A stretch of 64,000 bases of DNA from Octopus sinensis (lineage: Eukaryota): contig NC_042998.1 in assembly GCF_006345805.1 (NCBI RefSeq), positions 35,216,001 to 35,280,000 on the forward strand, given 5' to 3'. The stretch's first letter is position 1; every line of letters begins with the position of its first letter. Positions 51,625-62,952 of this stretch are shown here, one piece after another. The translations under genes and the position numbers were made by a program. Below the pieces are notes generated by a model. It ran no database searches. It worked only from the letters and a program-made list of their open reading frames with translations, and had not been told where the DNA came from.

Positions 51625-54600
51625 TGAAGAAAAACTTAAAAGCATAGACGAGGAGATGCACAATCAAATACTAAAATATACCGAGGGACAACCCCTCGAT
51701 AATACATTGGATCACTGGAAGGATTCCTGTGAGAGAGAAGAGAGAAATTCTCTCCTACGCTGGGAGAAAAACATGGACTTCTTCCAAAAATATAGTGAAA
51801 CCTTCAAAAATGAATTGGGTACAAATAATCCCTTCCTTAAGAAAATTACAATAAATAAAAAAGAAAAACCTAACAACCCACGAACAACCCCCAACTATCC
51901 TCCATACACTAAAAACAGAAATCACCCACAACCAACCTCTACAAACCACGCTAGACCTAACAGGGAACTAGCTGAAAGAGGACGCGTCTATGAAAGAAAT
52001 TACACCAAAAACAGAACAAACCAACAACATCATAATACCAGACCCAACCACCATACAGCACAATACGACACTAGGATAAGAAATACCCACACACAATCAC
52101 TACACCACATCACTACTACCCCATGAACCAAAACTACTGGTCCCCACTAAACACAAGACAAACGCAAAGAAACACTATGTCAAGCAACATCCCACATACA
52201 AGAAGTTCGAAACAAAAATATTCCCCATACAGAAATTTTACACACACCACAAGCATTAACAACCATAGATTCCCACACACACACAACGATCGGAGGCAAC
52301 AATACCACCACTCCCCCGACCAAATACCACACAACCTCACAGACAACTCATACAAACAAAATTACACCCAACATTTTTTAGCCAGGGACCAGGGACACCA
52401 GGACACAGGCTGGAACCTAGTAATAAGGAAAAACCGAAGATAATCAATCTTTCAACCAAACCTCTTTCTAACATAAAAATTGACATCCTCGCAAAAGGGC
52501 TCAAATTTACACCAACTCCACGCAGAGCAAACCTAAATGAACTCAAGGATAATATAACAGAATTTTGCAGAAAATTAAGACTAGCAGAAGCATCAAACAG
52601 TTTCAATACTGAAGATGAATCACTTGTCAAGAACAAAAGTGAACACATCCCACACAGAGGAAGAAATAAAGATCTTGACGAATTCTGTAACCACATTGAG
52701 AACTTCCCCTACCATACTATACATAAACAGAAAGCTAACCCAAATTTTAACAATACACAATGGAAAGAACTGATAGAACTCCAAAATGATGAAGATATAA
52801 CCATTAAGGAAGCGGACAAGGGAAATGCAGTTGTAATAATGGATACATCATACTACAGAAATCTTGTAATTTCCTTGCTTGATGAAGACCTACATTATGA
52901 AAAAATTACCAACTACACCCCACAAAAAATAATGAAAACTCTATCTTCACTAATTAAAACCCATGAAAAGGAACTGACAACCAAAGAGATTGATTTCCTA
53001 ACAAACTTTAAATGCAAACCTAGCCTTTTCTATGGTCTGCCAAAAATTCATAAAAGTCAAATTATAAATGAAACCATTAAAAAATCACCAAAGACATACA
53101 TACACACACCTAATCCGGGGGACCTAAAACTACGACCCATTGTAGCTGGCCCAACCTGTGAAACACACAGACTAAGTCTACTTATGGACCTCCTCTGAAA
53201 CCCTTCCTTAAACATATCGATAGCCATATCAGAGATGACTTAGATATGTTAAACCACCTTCCAAAAAAAACCAAGGAAGAAACAATCCTGGTTTCATTTG
53301 ATGTAGTCAACTTGTATACCAGTATACCTCATAATTATGGACTGGAGGCAATACAATTCTGGTTAGACCAATTTCCGGAAGAAATACCAAAAAGGATCAG
53401 TAAGGAATTCATTACTAAATCAATTGAATTCATCCTACACAATAACCACTTCATGTTTGACAATACATTTTACCGTCAAAAATCCGGAATTGCTATGGGT
53501 ACAAGGGCAGCACCAGTCATTGCGAACTTAACAATGGGATACATGGAAATAATCATTTACCAGGAATCTCTATCAATCTTGGAAACTCCCTCTCTCAATA
53601 CATAAAAGAGAATTGGAAACGATTCCTAGACGATTGTTTCATTCTCTGGAATGAAAACATAGATAAACTCCTAAAATTTAAAAACCTATTGAACAGCATA
53701 AACCCAATATACAGTTCACAATGGAATACAACCAAAAGGAGCTCCCGTTCTTGGATATACTAATTAAAAAAATTAACCTTAAAATAGAAACAGACATTTT
53801 TTACAAAGCCACAGACGCCAAACAATACCTTCTTTTTAATTCATGCCACCCAAGACACACTAAAACAAACATCCCCTTCAACCTTGCAAGAAGGATATGC
53901 ACAATAGTGTCAGAACAAAATACCAGGAACTTTAGACTGCAAGAACTCAAAAACACCCTAATTGACAGACATTACCAGCCACTCAACTCATAGAGGATGG
54001 GATCAGACGTGCAACAGAAATCAACATAGAAACTTTAAGAAAAGTTCAACACAACAACACACCTTCCCCGAAAATACTACCTTACATATCTACATACAAC
54101 CCCAGAAACAAAGAAGCCTTCACCATCATCACCCAGAATTTACCAATACTTCATAAAAACCCAAAATTAAAGGAATTCTAAACATACACCAAATCATTAA
54201 AAGCTACAAACAGCCTAAATCACTTAAAAAGATTCTCACAAAGGCAAAATTGTCTTCTAAAATTACGGATGCAAAAGTAAAAAAATGTGGTAGATCGAAC
54301 TGTGCAACATGTCCTAACCTATTGGAAGGATCAGAATTCTTCTTTAAAGAGGGACAGAAATTTAAGATCAAATCTAACTTTACTTGTGCCTCTGAAAACA
54401 TAATTTATGTTATTAAATGCTCGGGCTGCCACCAAGACTACGTGGGTTCCACGGACTATCACTCAGGCGCAGATGCACACTGCATCGACAACAGATTGCA
54501 TTCCCAGAATATAGAATGATACCTTTTAGTGAGCACATTGAGAAATGCGCAAAGCAACTACTGCCACAATTTTTAATCTTCCCATTTTACCAATGTGCTT

Positions 54601-54701
54601 TCGGATCATCAACACAAATGAGACTGAACAAGGAAACATTCTTCATTGAAAAGTACAAACCCAGACTCAACCATCCGAACATACTGACACAGAGAAATTA
54701 A
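51625..54701 (+). pseudogene. PLE polyprotein, frameshifted in this assembly
   Basis: KGLKFTPTP, IKEADKGNAVVIMD, LRPIVAG, SFDVVNLYTSIP, GIAMGTRAAPVIANL, RFLDDCF, LPFLDI, SCHPRHTK, CGRSNCATC linker, IIYVIKCSGCHQDYVGST, KYKPRLN. Confidence 0.9.
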
Positions 54702-54850
54702 CAAGGAAATGGAAAAAAAAAAAAAAAAAAAAAAATTTTTAAGCGATTATCTCCCCTACACCGGAAAAAATCACTCACTACCTCCCCTTATTTAGAAATC
54801 TCCTGGAAATAAAAACAACGATAATCCATACAATATAAACATAACGTCAC

Positions 54851-54890
54851 AAGAAATTTGAAAAGCTACACGCGAAACCGGTAATTTCTT
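54851..54890 (+). ncRNA. Minimal hammerhead with U3-A8 core in the PLE 3' UTR
   Basis: AAGAAAU-UUGAAAA-GC(UACAC)GC-GAA-ACCGGU-A-AUUUCUU: 7-bp stem I, palindromic stem III, GUA triplet, cleavage after 54883. Confidence 0.7.
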
Positions 54891-55031
54891 TAAAATTTTT
54901 AAATTATGTCATTTTAAGGAAAGGAAAAAAATTTTCCAATATTCTCCAGACATTTTGACACAAATATATATATTTTTAACATTTAAGCCTTCTGTCGTTT
55001 TTTCACACTTTACTATTTTTCTGATATATAT

Positions 55032-55063
<32 letters not shown>

Positions 55064-55075
55064 ATATATATATAT

Positions 55076-55107
<32 letters not shown>

Positions 55108-55119
55108 TATAGGTATAAT

Positions 55120-55164
<45 letters not shown>

Positions 55165-55345
55165 TATATGTATATATATGATATATATATATATAATATA
55201 TATATATGTATAACATATTATATAATAATTGTAATGTATATATATATATGTATGTATATCTTATATATATAATATATATATATATATATAATATATAATT
55301 ATATTATATTATAATATATATGTATATATATATATGTATATATGT

Positions 55346-55607
55346 GGAGGCGCAATGGCCCAGTGGTTAGGGCAGCGGACTTGCAGTCGTAGGATCGCAG
55401 TTTCGATTCCCATATCGGACGAAAACACCTAAAAACTCCACGAGGCTCCGGCAGGGGGTGGTGATCCCTGCTGTACTCTTTCACCACTCTTTCTCTCTTT
55501 CTTCTGTTGGCCTGCTCGCCTGTTCGAAGGGTAAAACAATGCGAACGCATTGTGACCAGCGAAGTGTAGCAACATCTGATGGTCTGGTCGGTCAGTGATC
55601 ACGTGAT
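55346..55607 (+). mobile_element. SINE D with alternative tail Y
   Basis: D head and body, then cattgtgaccagcgaagtgtagcaacatctgatggtctggtcggtc. Confidence 0.8.
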
Positions 55608-55713
55608 ATATATATATATATGTATGTATATATTTCCCTTTAGCATATAGCATTTTTATTATATAGCGCGCTATACAGTTCAATATATAGTAAACGATAT
55701 TAAATTATATGTA

Positions 55714-55930
55714 CAAGAGGGTGCTGAAAAGTTCCTGTCTTTAAGGGTATCGCGAAAGGCTTGTTTGGAGGCCCAACATTCCGGGTTCCTTTACAAGGCT
55801 TAGAAAAACTGAAGGGCCACTGCAATAAGTGTGTAAATGTGAGAGGGGAAAATGTTGAATAAAATCATAATTAATTGATCTTCCTGTATTTCCTTTTGCC
55901 CAAAGCTAGAAACTTCTCATAACTTCATCG
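55714..55930 (+). mobile_element. Mariner-derived MITE
   Basis: TA flanks; left TIR caagagggtgctgaaaagttcc; internal HCNKCVNVRGENVE* matches a mariner C-terminus. Confidence 0.65.
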
Positions 55931-56559
55931 TATGGGTATCTGCATGCGCTTGTGCATACCTGCATGTGTGAGTTAATGTGTGTGTGTGGCGGGGGGGGGT
56001 GCGCGCGCGCGGCGTATATCAGTGCATGTATATTTATTTTTCTGATTTATAGCCATCGCTTTTTAGAATTATATTGCATTAGATTCTGTTTTATTACGTT
56101 TCATAGCGTCGTAATAATATATTACATGTACAGTTTGATATTATGCATATCTCTGCGTGTGTATGTGTGTGTATACACACGTGCGTGTATGTATTTGTGT
56201 GTGTATGTATGAGTTTGTGTGTGCGTTTATATATATATATATATGTATGTATGTATTTATGTATATATGTATATGTATATTAATATATTATATTAATTTA
56301 TATTATTGTGCATATCATGTATTTTAAGGATATTGTTCAAATTGTAATATTATATACATTAATTGTGATATTTGCATAGCGTCTCTGTAAATGCGTTGAA
56401 GATTAAAGCACTATATGTTTCTTTATTGGTTTTATGGTATATATCTCATGTGTTATTTTATCAAATATTCAGTGCATAATTTATTTTTCACCTTTTTCGT
56501 TATTTGTTTATTTTAGTACAAAAACTAATATATATAATATAGTTATATTGATGCTACAA

Positions 56560-57440
56560 TGATTGCATTGGTGCAAAAAATGTTATTTTAAATTTTGGTA
56601 CTTACTTTGAAATAAAATTTTGTTACACGATGAACACTGAGTACAACATTTCAAGACCCAGGTTTCGATTTCTGGATTGGATTATTGTTAATATATCTGA
56701 TTTCACTGTTTATCCTTATCTAATTTTACATTCTCCAATTGAAGATGGAAATCATTCGAGAGATTTCTTGTATGCGTCCAAAATGGAATACAGCACTAAG
56801 TATTTGGACCCAAAAGATTCATAGTGAAGACGAAAAGCGAATGTTTTGAAGATGAAAGCGAAGGTTTTGAAGATGATATTTCGCGACTTCCAAAGAGATA
56901 TTTAGGTCTAGTTTTGAAGGGGACTCGCGTAAAACAATGTTAGTGTTTTCAGGCAAGTTGTTCGATATTTGCACTACATTAGGAAATCGACAAAGAAGCG
57001 TTGAGTAAACAGAATGAAAATTCAAAAGACACCGTTATGAATTCTCCTTTGCACAGCTTTTACGCAACAAAAAAGATCGATTTCTTGACTGTGTCTGCGA
57101 AAAATGGCTTCTGTAAAGCTGATGGTAGTGACTGAGCTGAACTGAGGAGATCGACTAAAACTCTTCTAAAATGAAGCTGCATTAAAAGAAGGTTGCTGTG
57201 GCTACGGCTGGTTGATAAACAAGTGAAAGTCATCGCTATTATATTTTGTAGAATGCTTTGTAGAAACAGCATCAGATAAATCTTGCCAACAAATCGATAA
57301 ACTTCACAAAGAACTACAATGCATCGATGAATTGAAAAGACCCAATTCTTCTTCAGATAACACTCGACCACTTAGCACAAGTTGTACGAACTGGGATATA
57401 AAACTCTGCATCAACCGGCTCACTTCCAAGATCTCTTGTT
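56560..57440 (+). pseudogene. Highly decayed mariner transposase
   Basis: Remnants FLDCVCEKW, KLH*KKV, CQQIDKLHKEL, ILLQDNTRP, LYELGYKTLHQP..DL; ttggtgcaaaa TIR-like motif at ~56568. Confidence 0.65.
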
Positions 57441-57896
57441 AGAATATTTTTCCTGTTCGTAAAAAGGTATAAATTCTTGTGATTATTATTTTGATTACGA
57501 CCTGGGGTATTTTTGCTATAGATATATAACAGTTAGAAGTAGCACCAAAATGAATCACTTTAATATTTATCATTTTCTCCTTATATTTTCTTTACTCTTT
57601 TCATTATACTCATTTTTCATATTCGTTTGATTTTCCCTCCATACGAATGGATGACTCTGTCAATGTTTGCGTCTGTGGACATCTGTTTATATATCGGTTC
57701 ACATGTGCAAAAGTGTTTATTGCAGAACAGAACTAACAGCGAGTACAATTAATGTGTAACTAGGGTTGCAAGGGCATATGCATATATATATATATTACCG
57801 GAGTAAACACATAAATGTGAAACAAAGTGGAAAAAAGAGTACTCAAATACCAGTGGTAGAGTAATATGCTTTATTTTAAGCAGCAGAAAATTCAAC

Positions 57897-57943
57897 AAAA
57901 TCTGTTACTCTGAGTTTCTCGTTGCCGTTCATCAGACAGTTTT
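57897..57943 (-). ncRNA. Type I hammerhead (intact core)
   Basis: AAAACUGU-CUGAUGA-A-CG(GCAA)CG-A-GAA-ACU(CAG)AGU-A-ACAGAUUUU; GUA triplet. Confidence 0.7.
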
Positions 57944-57949
57944 TGCTAG

Positions 57950-57996
57950 AAAACTGTCCGATGAACGGCAACGAGAAACTCAGAGTAACAGATTTT
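57950..57996 (+). ncRNA. Type I hammerhead, core mutated (CCGAUGA)
   Basis: Mirror copy with U4 changed to C. Confidence 0.5.
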
Positions 57997-58022
57997 GTTG
58001 AATTTTCTGCTGCTAAAATAAA

Positions 58023-58067
<45 letters not shown>

Positions 58068-58177
58068 TATAATATTATATATATATATATACTATATATA
58101 TATATATATTATTATTAGAAAGTCAGTCCCTATTATTATTATATATATTATATATATAATATATATATATATATATA

Positions 58178-58572
58178 GGCGCACAGGATTGGCTGTGTGG
58201 TACAGTAGCTTGCTAACCAACCACATGGTTCCGGGTTCAGTCCCACTGCGTGGCATCTTGGGCAAGTGTCTTCTGCTATAGCCCCGGGCCAACCAATGCC
58301 TTGTGTGATTTGGTAGACGGAAACTGAAAGAAGCATTTCGTATATGTATATATATATATATGTGTGTTTGTGTGTCTGTTTGTCCCCCTAGCATTGCTTG
58401 ACAACCGATGCTGGTGTGTTTACGTCCCCGTCAGCTAGCGGTTCGGCAAAAGAGACCGATAGAAGAAGTACTGGCTTACAAAGAATAAGTCCTGGGGTCG
58501 ATTTGCTCGACTAAAAGCGGTGCTCCAGCATGGCCGCAGTCAAATGACTGAAACAAGTAAAAGAGTAAAAAG
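58178..58572 (+). mobile_element. SINE B
   Basis: Complete copy. Confidence 0.9.
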
Positions 58573-58577
58573 ATAAT

Positions 58578-58625
<48 letters not shown>

Positions 58626-59613
58626 AATATGAGGATAATATCGATATTTAAGTGTCGAAATTATCAAGTGGCCAGCATGAAAGAAATACCTTACAAAGGT
58701 AAAAAAATTTTTAACAATTAAAAATGAGGGTGTCTAAAAGACACCAACATGCCGAAATAGCAGTCGAAACACTGACTATAGTACCACGTTAAATGTTCAT
58801 ATCGCACCATGAGGTAAAGCGGAGGGACAAAACATACAAGCAAAAATTATTGATAATTCAAGATCCAAGGATTTCTGGTTCTGCTTTAGATAAGCTTTAC
58901 CGTCATCAATTGAATATATCAAGGGTACATAAATACAGATATATATATGCACAGCAAACGATATACTTACATATATATATATATACATTTGTACGAACGC
59001 ATGTGTATGCGTTTTTCTGGCACCTCTACACGTACATGTTCAATAAATTGGTAGCTATACTTTGGGATGTAAGCGTTTGGAAGCATGTTTGCGTGTGTGT
59101 GAATTAATATGTATATATGTGCGTTTATAGAATATATGTGCGCATATATATATTGGTGTGTATGTGTGTATATATTAGTTTATACTTGATAAGATTTTTT
59201 TAGTGTTTGTGCGTACCTGGAAAAAGTGTATCAACATGTTCGTGTGTTTGTGTGCGCGCGGATTATAATTGTGAATTTTTTTTCTGAATATAGATAAGCA
59301 TATGAGCGTATGGAAATATGCAAAGAAGTATGTATATATGCGGATAATAATTATAAATATGGATGTGTATATACTTATGTATGCATACGGATGCGTGCAC
59401 ATGGTGGTATGTGTGTGCGTGTGTGTGTGTGTGTGTCAATCGGTGTAAATGAACAACAGACTAACATGAAAACTTAGATGTGCGCAACTATGGGAGCAAA
59501 CAAAAAGATGTAAATACGTACTGCAGTTTTGTGTGTGTCTTCACGAGGTGGATGTACAAGGTGTGTGTGTGTGTGTTTTTGTGGGTTGAATGTGTATGTA
59601 TGTATATGTGGTT

Positions 59614-59661
<48 letters not shown>

Positions 59662-59970
59662 ATATGTTATATATGTATTTAAATATATATATATAATTTC
59701 AACAATTGAGGGTAAAAAAATTAATTATTAATCAATTTGACCAAGTATTCAGTATGTAAAGGGACCATTATAGGCGAATTCAAAATATTACATTATATAT
59801 AAGGGCTTAGTAAAATAAATTACTTTGCCACATACTGAACTCATTAGAAATAGCAGCTAAAGAAATTTCTTCAGCTATTTCTAATACTTAAAGAAGATCT
59901 CTCTCAGATAGTGTTTGCCTAAACCAACTCACAAAAGTATGGGGCAAAAAACATTAAAAAATCAAGTGCA

Positions 59971-60040
59971 AAGGTTATTTGAGAACGTACGTTTCTAGAT
60001 TAGTCAATTCGACATTTCTTTCTTCAGCTCAGAATTCCTT
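59971..60040 (-). ncRNA. Hammerhead-like motif in tandem unit 1
   Basis: AAGG..UGAG-CUGAAGA-A-AGA..GUC(GAAUU)GAC..UCU-A-GAA-ACGUACGU-U-CUCA..CCUU. Confidence 0.6.
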
Positions 60041-60528
60041 GAATCGGATTTGGGAACACTGAAAGTCGGGAGCATACCCCTTCGGCTTCTAATCACCTCT
60101 AGAATTCTGCTCGAACTAAAAGTGCTATCAAATTCGAATATGCAAGCGAAGAATTTCTGCTCTCCCCTTTCACCCAGCGTGGGTTAAAATTGACAAACAC
60201 CATGTATTAACGGTGAAAACCGCAGCATTTAGCAGAGAGAGATGAATTATAATTTCAAAACAATTGAGGGTAAAATTAATTAATTATTAATCATTTCACC
60301 AAGTATTCAGTATGTAAAGGGACCATTATAGGTGAATTCAAAATATTACATTATATATAAGGGCTTAGTAAAATAAATTACTTTGCCACATACTGAACTC
60401 ATTAGAAATAGCAGCTAAAGAAATTTCTTCAGCTATTTCTAATACTTAAAGAAGATCTCTCTCAGATAGTGTTTGCCTAAACCAACTCACAAAAGTATGG
60501 GGGAAAAAACATTAAAAAATCAAGTGCA

Positions 60529-60598
60529 AAGGTTATTTGAGAACGTACGTTTCTAGATTAGTCAATTCGACATTTCTTTCTTCAGCTCAGAATTCCTT
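60529..60598 (-). ncRNA. Hammerhead-like motif in tandem unit 2
   Basis: Identical to the unit 1 motif. Confidence 0.6.
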
Positions 60599-60952
60599 GA
60601 ATCGGATTTGGCAAAGTAATTTATTTTACTAAGCCCTTATATATAATGTAATATTTTGAATTCGCCTATAATGGTCCCTTTACATATTGAATACTTGGTG
60701 AAATTGATTAATAATTAATTAATTTTACCCTCAATTGTTGAAATTATAATTCATCTCTCTCTGCTAAATGCTGCGGTTTTCACCGTTAATACATGGTTTG
60801 TCAATTTTAACCCACGCTGTGGAAAGGGGAGAGCAGAAATTCTTCGCTTGCATATTCGAATTTGATAGCACTTTTAGTTCGAGCAGAATTCTAGAGGTGA
60901 TTAGAAGCCGAAAGGGTATGCTCCCGACTTTCAGTGTTCCCAAATCCGATTC

Positions 60953-61021
60953 AAGGAATTCTGAGCTGGAAAAGAAATGTCGAATTGACTAATCTAGAAA
61001 CGTACGTTCTCAAATAACCTT
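60953..61021 (+). ncRNA. Hammerhead-like motif, core altered (ctggaaa)
   Basis: Same fold; the core difference may be a sequencing error. Confidence 0.4.
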
Positions 61022-61506
61022 TGCACTTGATTTTTTAATGTTTTTTCCCCCATACTTTTGTGAGTTGGTTTAGGCAAACACTATCTGAGAGAGATCTTCT
61101 TTAAGTATTAGAAATAGCTGAAGAAATTTCTTTAGCTGCTATTCTAATGAGTTCAGTATGTGGCAAAGTAATTTATTTTACTAAGCCCTTATATATAATG
61201 TAATATTTTGAATTCGCCTATAATGGTCCCTTTACATACTGAATACTTGGTGAAATTGATTAATAATTAATTAATTTTACCCTCAATTGTTGAAATTATA
61301 ATTCATCTCTCTCTGCTAAATGCTGCGGTTTTCACCGTTAATACATGGTGTTTGTCAATTTTAACCCACGCTGGTGGAAAGGGGAGAGCAGAAATTCTTC
61401 GCTTGCATATTCGAATTTGATAGCACTTTTAGTTCGAGCAGAATTCTAGAGGTGATTAGAAGCCGAAGGGGTATGCTCCCGACTTCAGTGTTCCCAAATC
61501 CGATTC

Positions 61507-61575
61507 AAGGAATCTGAGCTGAAGAAAGAAATGTCGAATTGACTAATCTAGAAACGTACGTTCTCAAATAACCTT
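61507..61575 (+). ncRNA. Hammerhead-like motif in the last unit
   Basis: CUGAAGA at 61519; GAAACGUACGUU at 61551. Confidence 0.6.
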
Positions 61576-61785
61576 TGCACTTGATTTTTTAATGTTTTTT
61601 CCCCCATACTTTTGTGAGTTGGTTTAGGCAAACACTATCTGAGAGAGATCTTCTTTAAGTATTAGAAATAGCTGAAGAAATTTCTTTAGCTGCTATTTCT
61701 AATGAGTTCAGTATGTGGCAAAGTAATTTATTTTACTAAGCCCTTATATATAATGTAATATATATATATATATATATATATATTA

Positions 61786-61822
<37 letters not shown>

Positions 61823-62121
61823 TGCATATCGGAGTGAATATGCCTGTGGATAATTTTGTTTTTCGTTTGTTTGTTTTTTCGTGAATATGAGTATGTGAGC
61901 ATCTGGAAATTTTTTTTATAAATGCAAATAGATAAACCTGCATAGTTATAAATGCAGAGCAAAATAAATACATAGAAAGATGGACGGATTTATAAAATAT
62001 AAAACATAGTGTATAAAGGCACTCACAGACATACAGACAAAGGCACACTCATACAAACACATACAGATAGACCGACAGAAATATGTATTCATTATGCATA
62101 TATACATATGCATAATGTGCA

Positions 62122-62179
<58 letters not shown>

Positions 62180-62284
62180 GGTGGATGGATGGATTTATTG
62201 ATGAATGGATAGATGGATTATTCCCAAACAGCAGGTGTTAAAAAAACCCAAGATTCAATGTAGTTAGAATATAGTATCTTTAAG

Positions 62285-62337
<53 letters not shown>

Positions 62338-62915
62338 TGTGTTATTCAGAAACAGCGTGTATTTAAACATTTTAAATCTATCGTCATTACAGTAACGTTG
62401 CAATAATGCCTGTATTCTGTATTTTCACAAACATAAGTACAACTTTTTATTGTCTTTGCACAAAAGAAAAATAAATGATACTCCCTTGACATATTTCATG
62501 ACGGATTGGCTACTCTTCGGAGTTCATGTATGCCTCATTCTTCAACCCGTTCTTCTCAAGCATAAACTCAAACCGAGCTGCATGTTTTGCATTTGTAGAC
62601 GAAGTGCTTAACTAATTTATAAATATTTAATCCACACACATCGACATTACAAAATTTATGTTAAATTTAACGCTGTCACACTAGAGATTTTAACCCGAAA
62701 CAATAATGAATATGGATTCATTAGAAAGCGATCTAACCGTTCCTGTCAACGCAGAAATAATACCAAGATGATTTCTTTTTCTACTTGTCAGAGGCCAAGT
62801 AACACTCATTTTTCCGACAACATAACAAAAGTGTGTGTGTGTGCGCGTGTATGAATGTGTGTGTGTATATGTGCATATATGTGGATGTTTGTGTGTATAT
62901 ATAGATATATATATA

Positions 62916-62952
62916 GGCGTAGGAGTGGCTGTGTGGTAAGAAATTTGCTTCC
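62916..62952 (+). mobile_element. SINE B head, truncated
   Basis: ggcgtaggagtggctgtgtggtaagaaatttgcttcc, then abrupt loss of similarity. Confidence 0.7.

Larger units (their letters stand above)
51623..55028 (+). mobile_element. Penelope-like retroelement (RT + GIY-YIG), 5'-truncated
   Basis: See the CDS entry; 3' UTR carries a poly(A) stretch and an HHR, then a TA-rich tract. Confidence 0.95.
57795..58023. mobile_element. Fold-back element with two hammerheads, between TA tracts
   Basis: ~75-bp arms at 57869-57943 and 57950-58023, preceded by a ~75-bp unique lead. Confidence 0.85.
59693..61761. repeat. Tandem array of a ~556-bp unit with an internal inversion
   Basis: Plus units 59693-60248 and 60249-~60610; minus units ~60609-60747, 60748-61299 and 61300-61761; TA-rich tracts at both ends. 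Confidence 0.95.

Noticed and set aside
58725-58800. ggtgtc-taaaa-gacacc hairpin followed by ccgaaa/tcgaaac
   Set aside because: No valid 5' core; stems inconsistent with a hammerhead.
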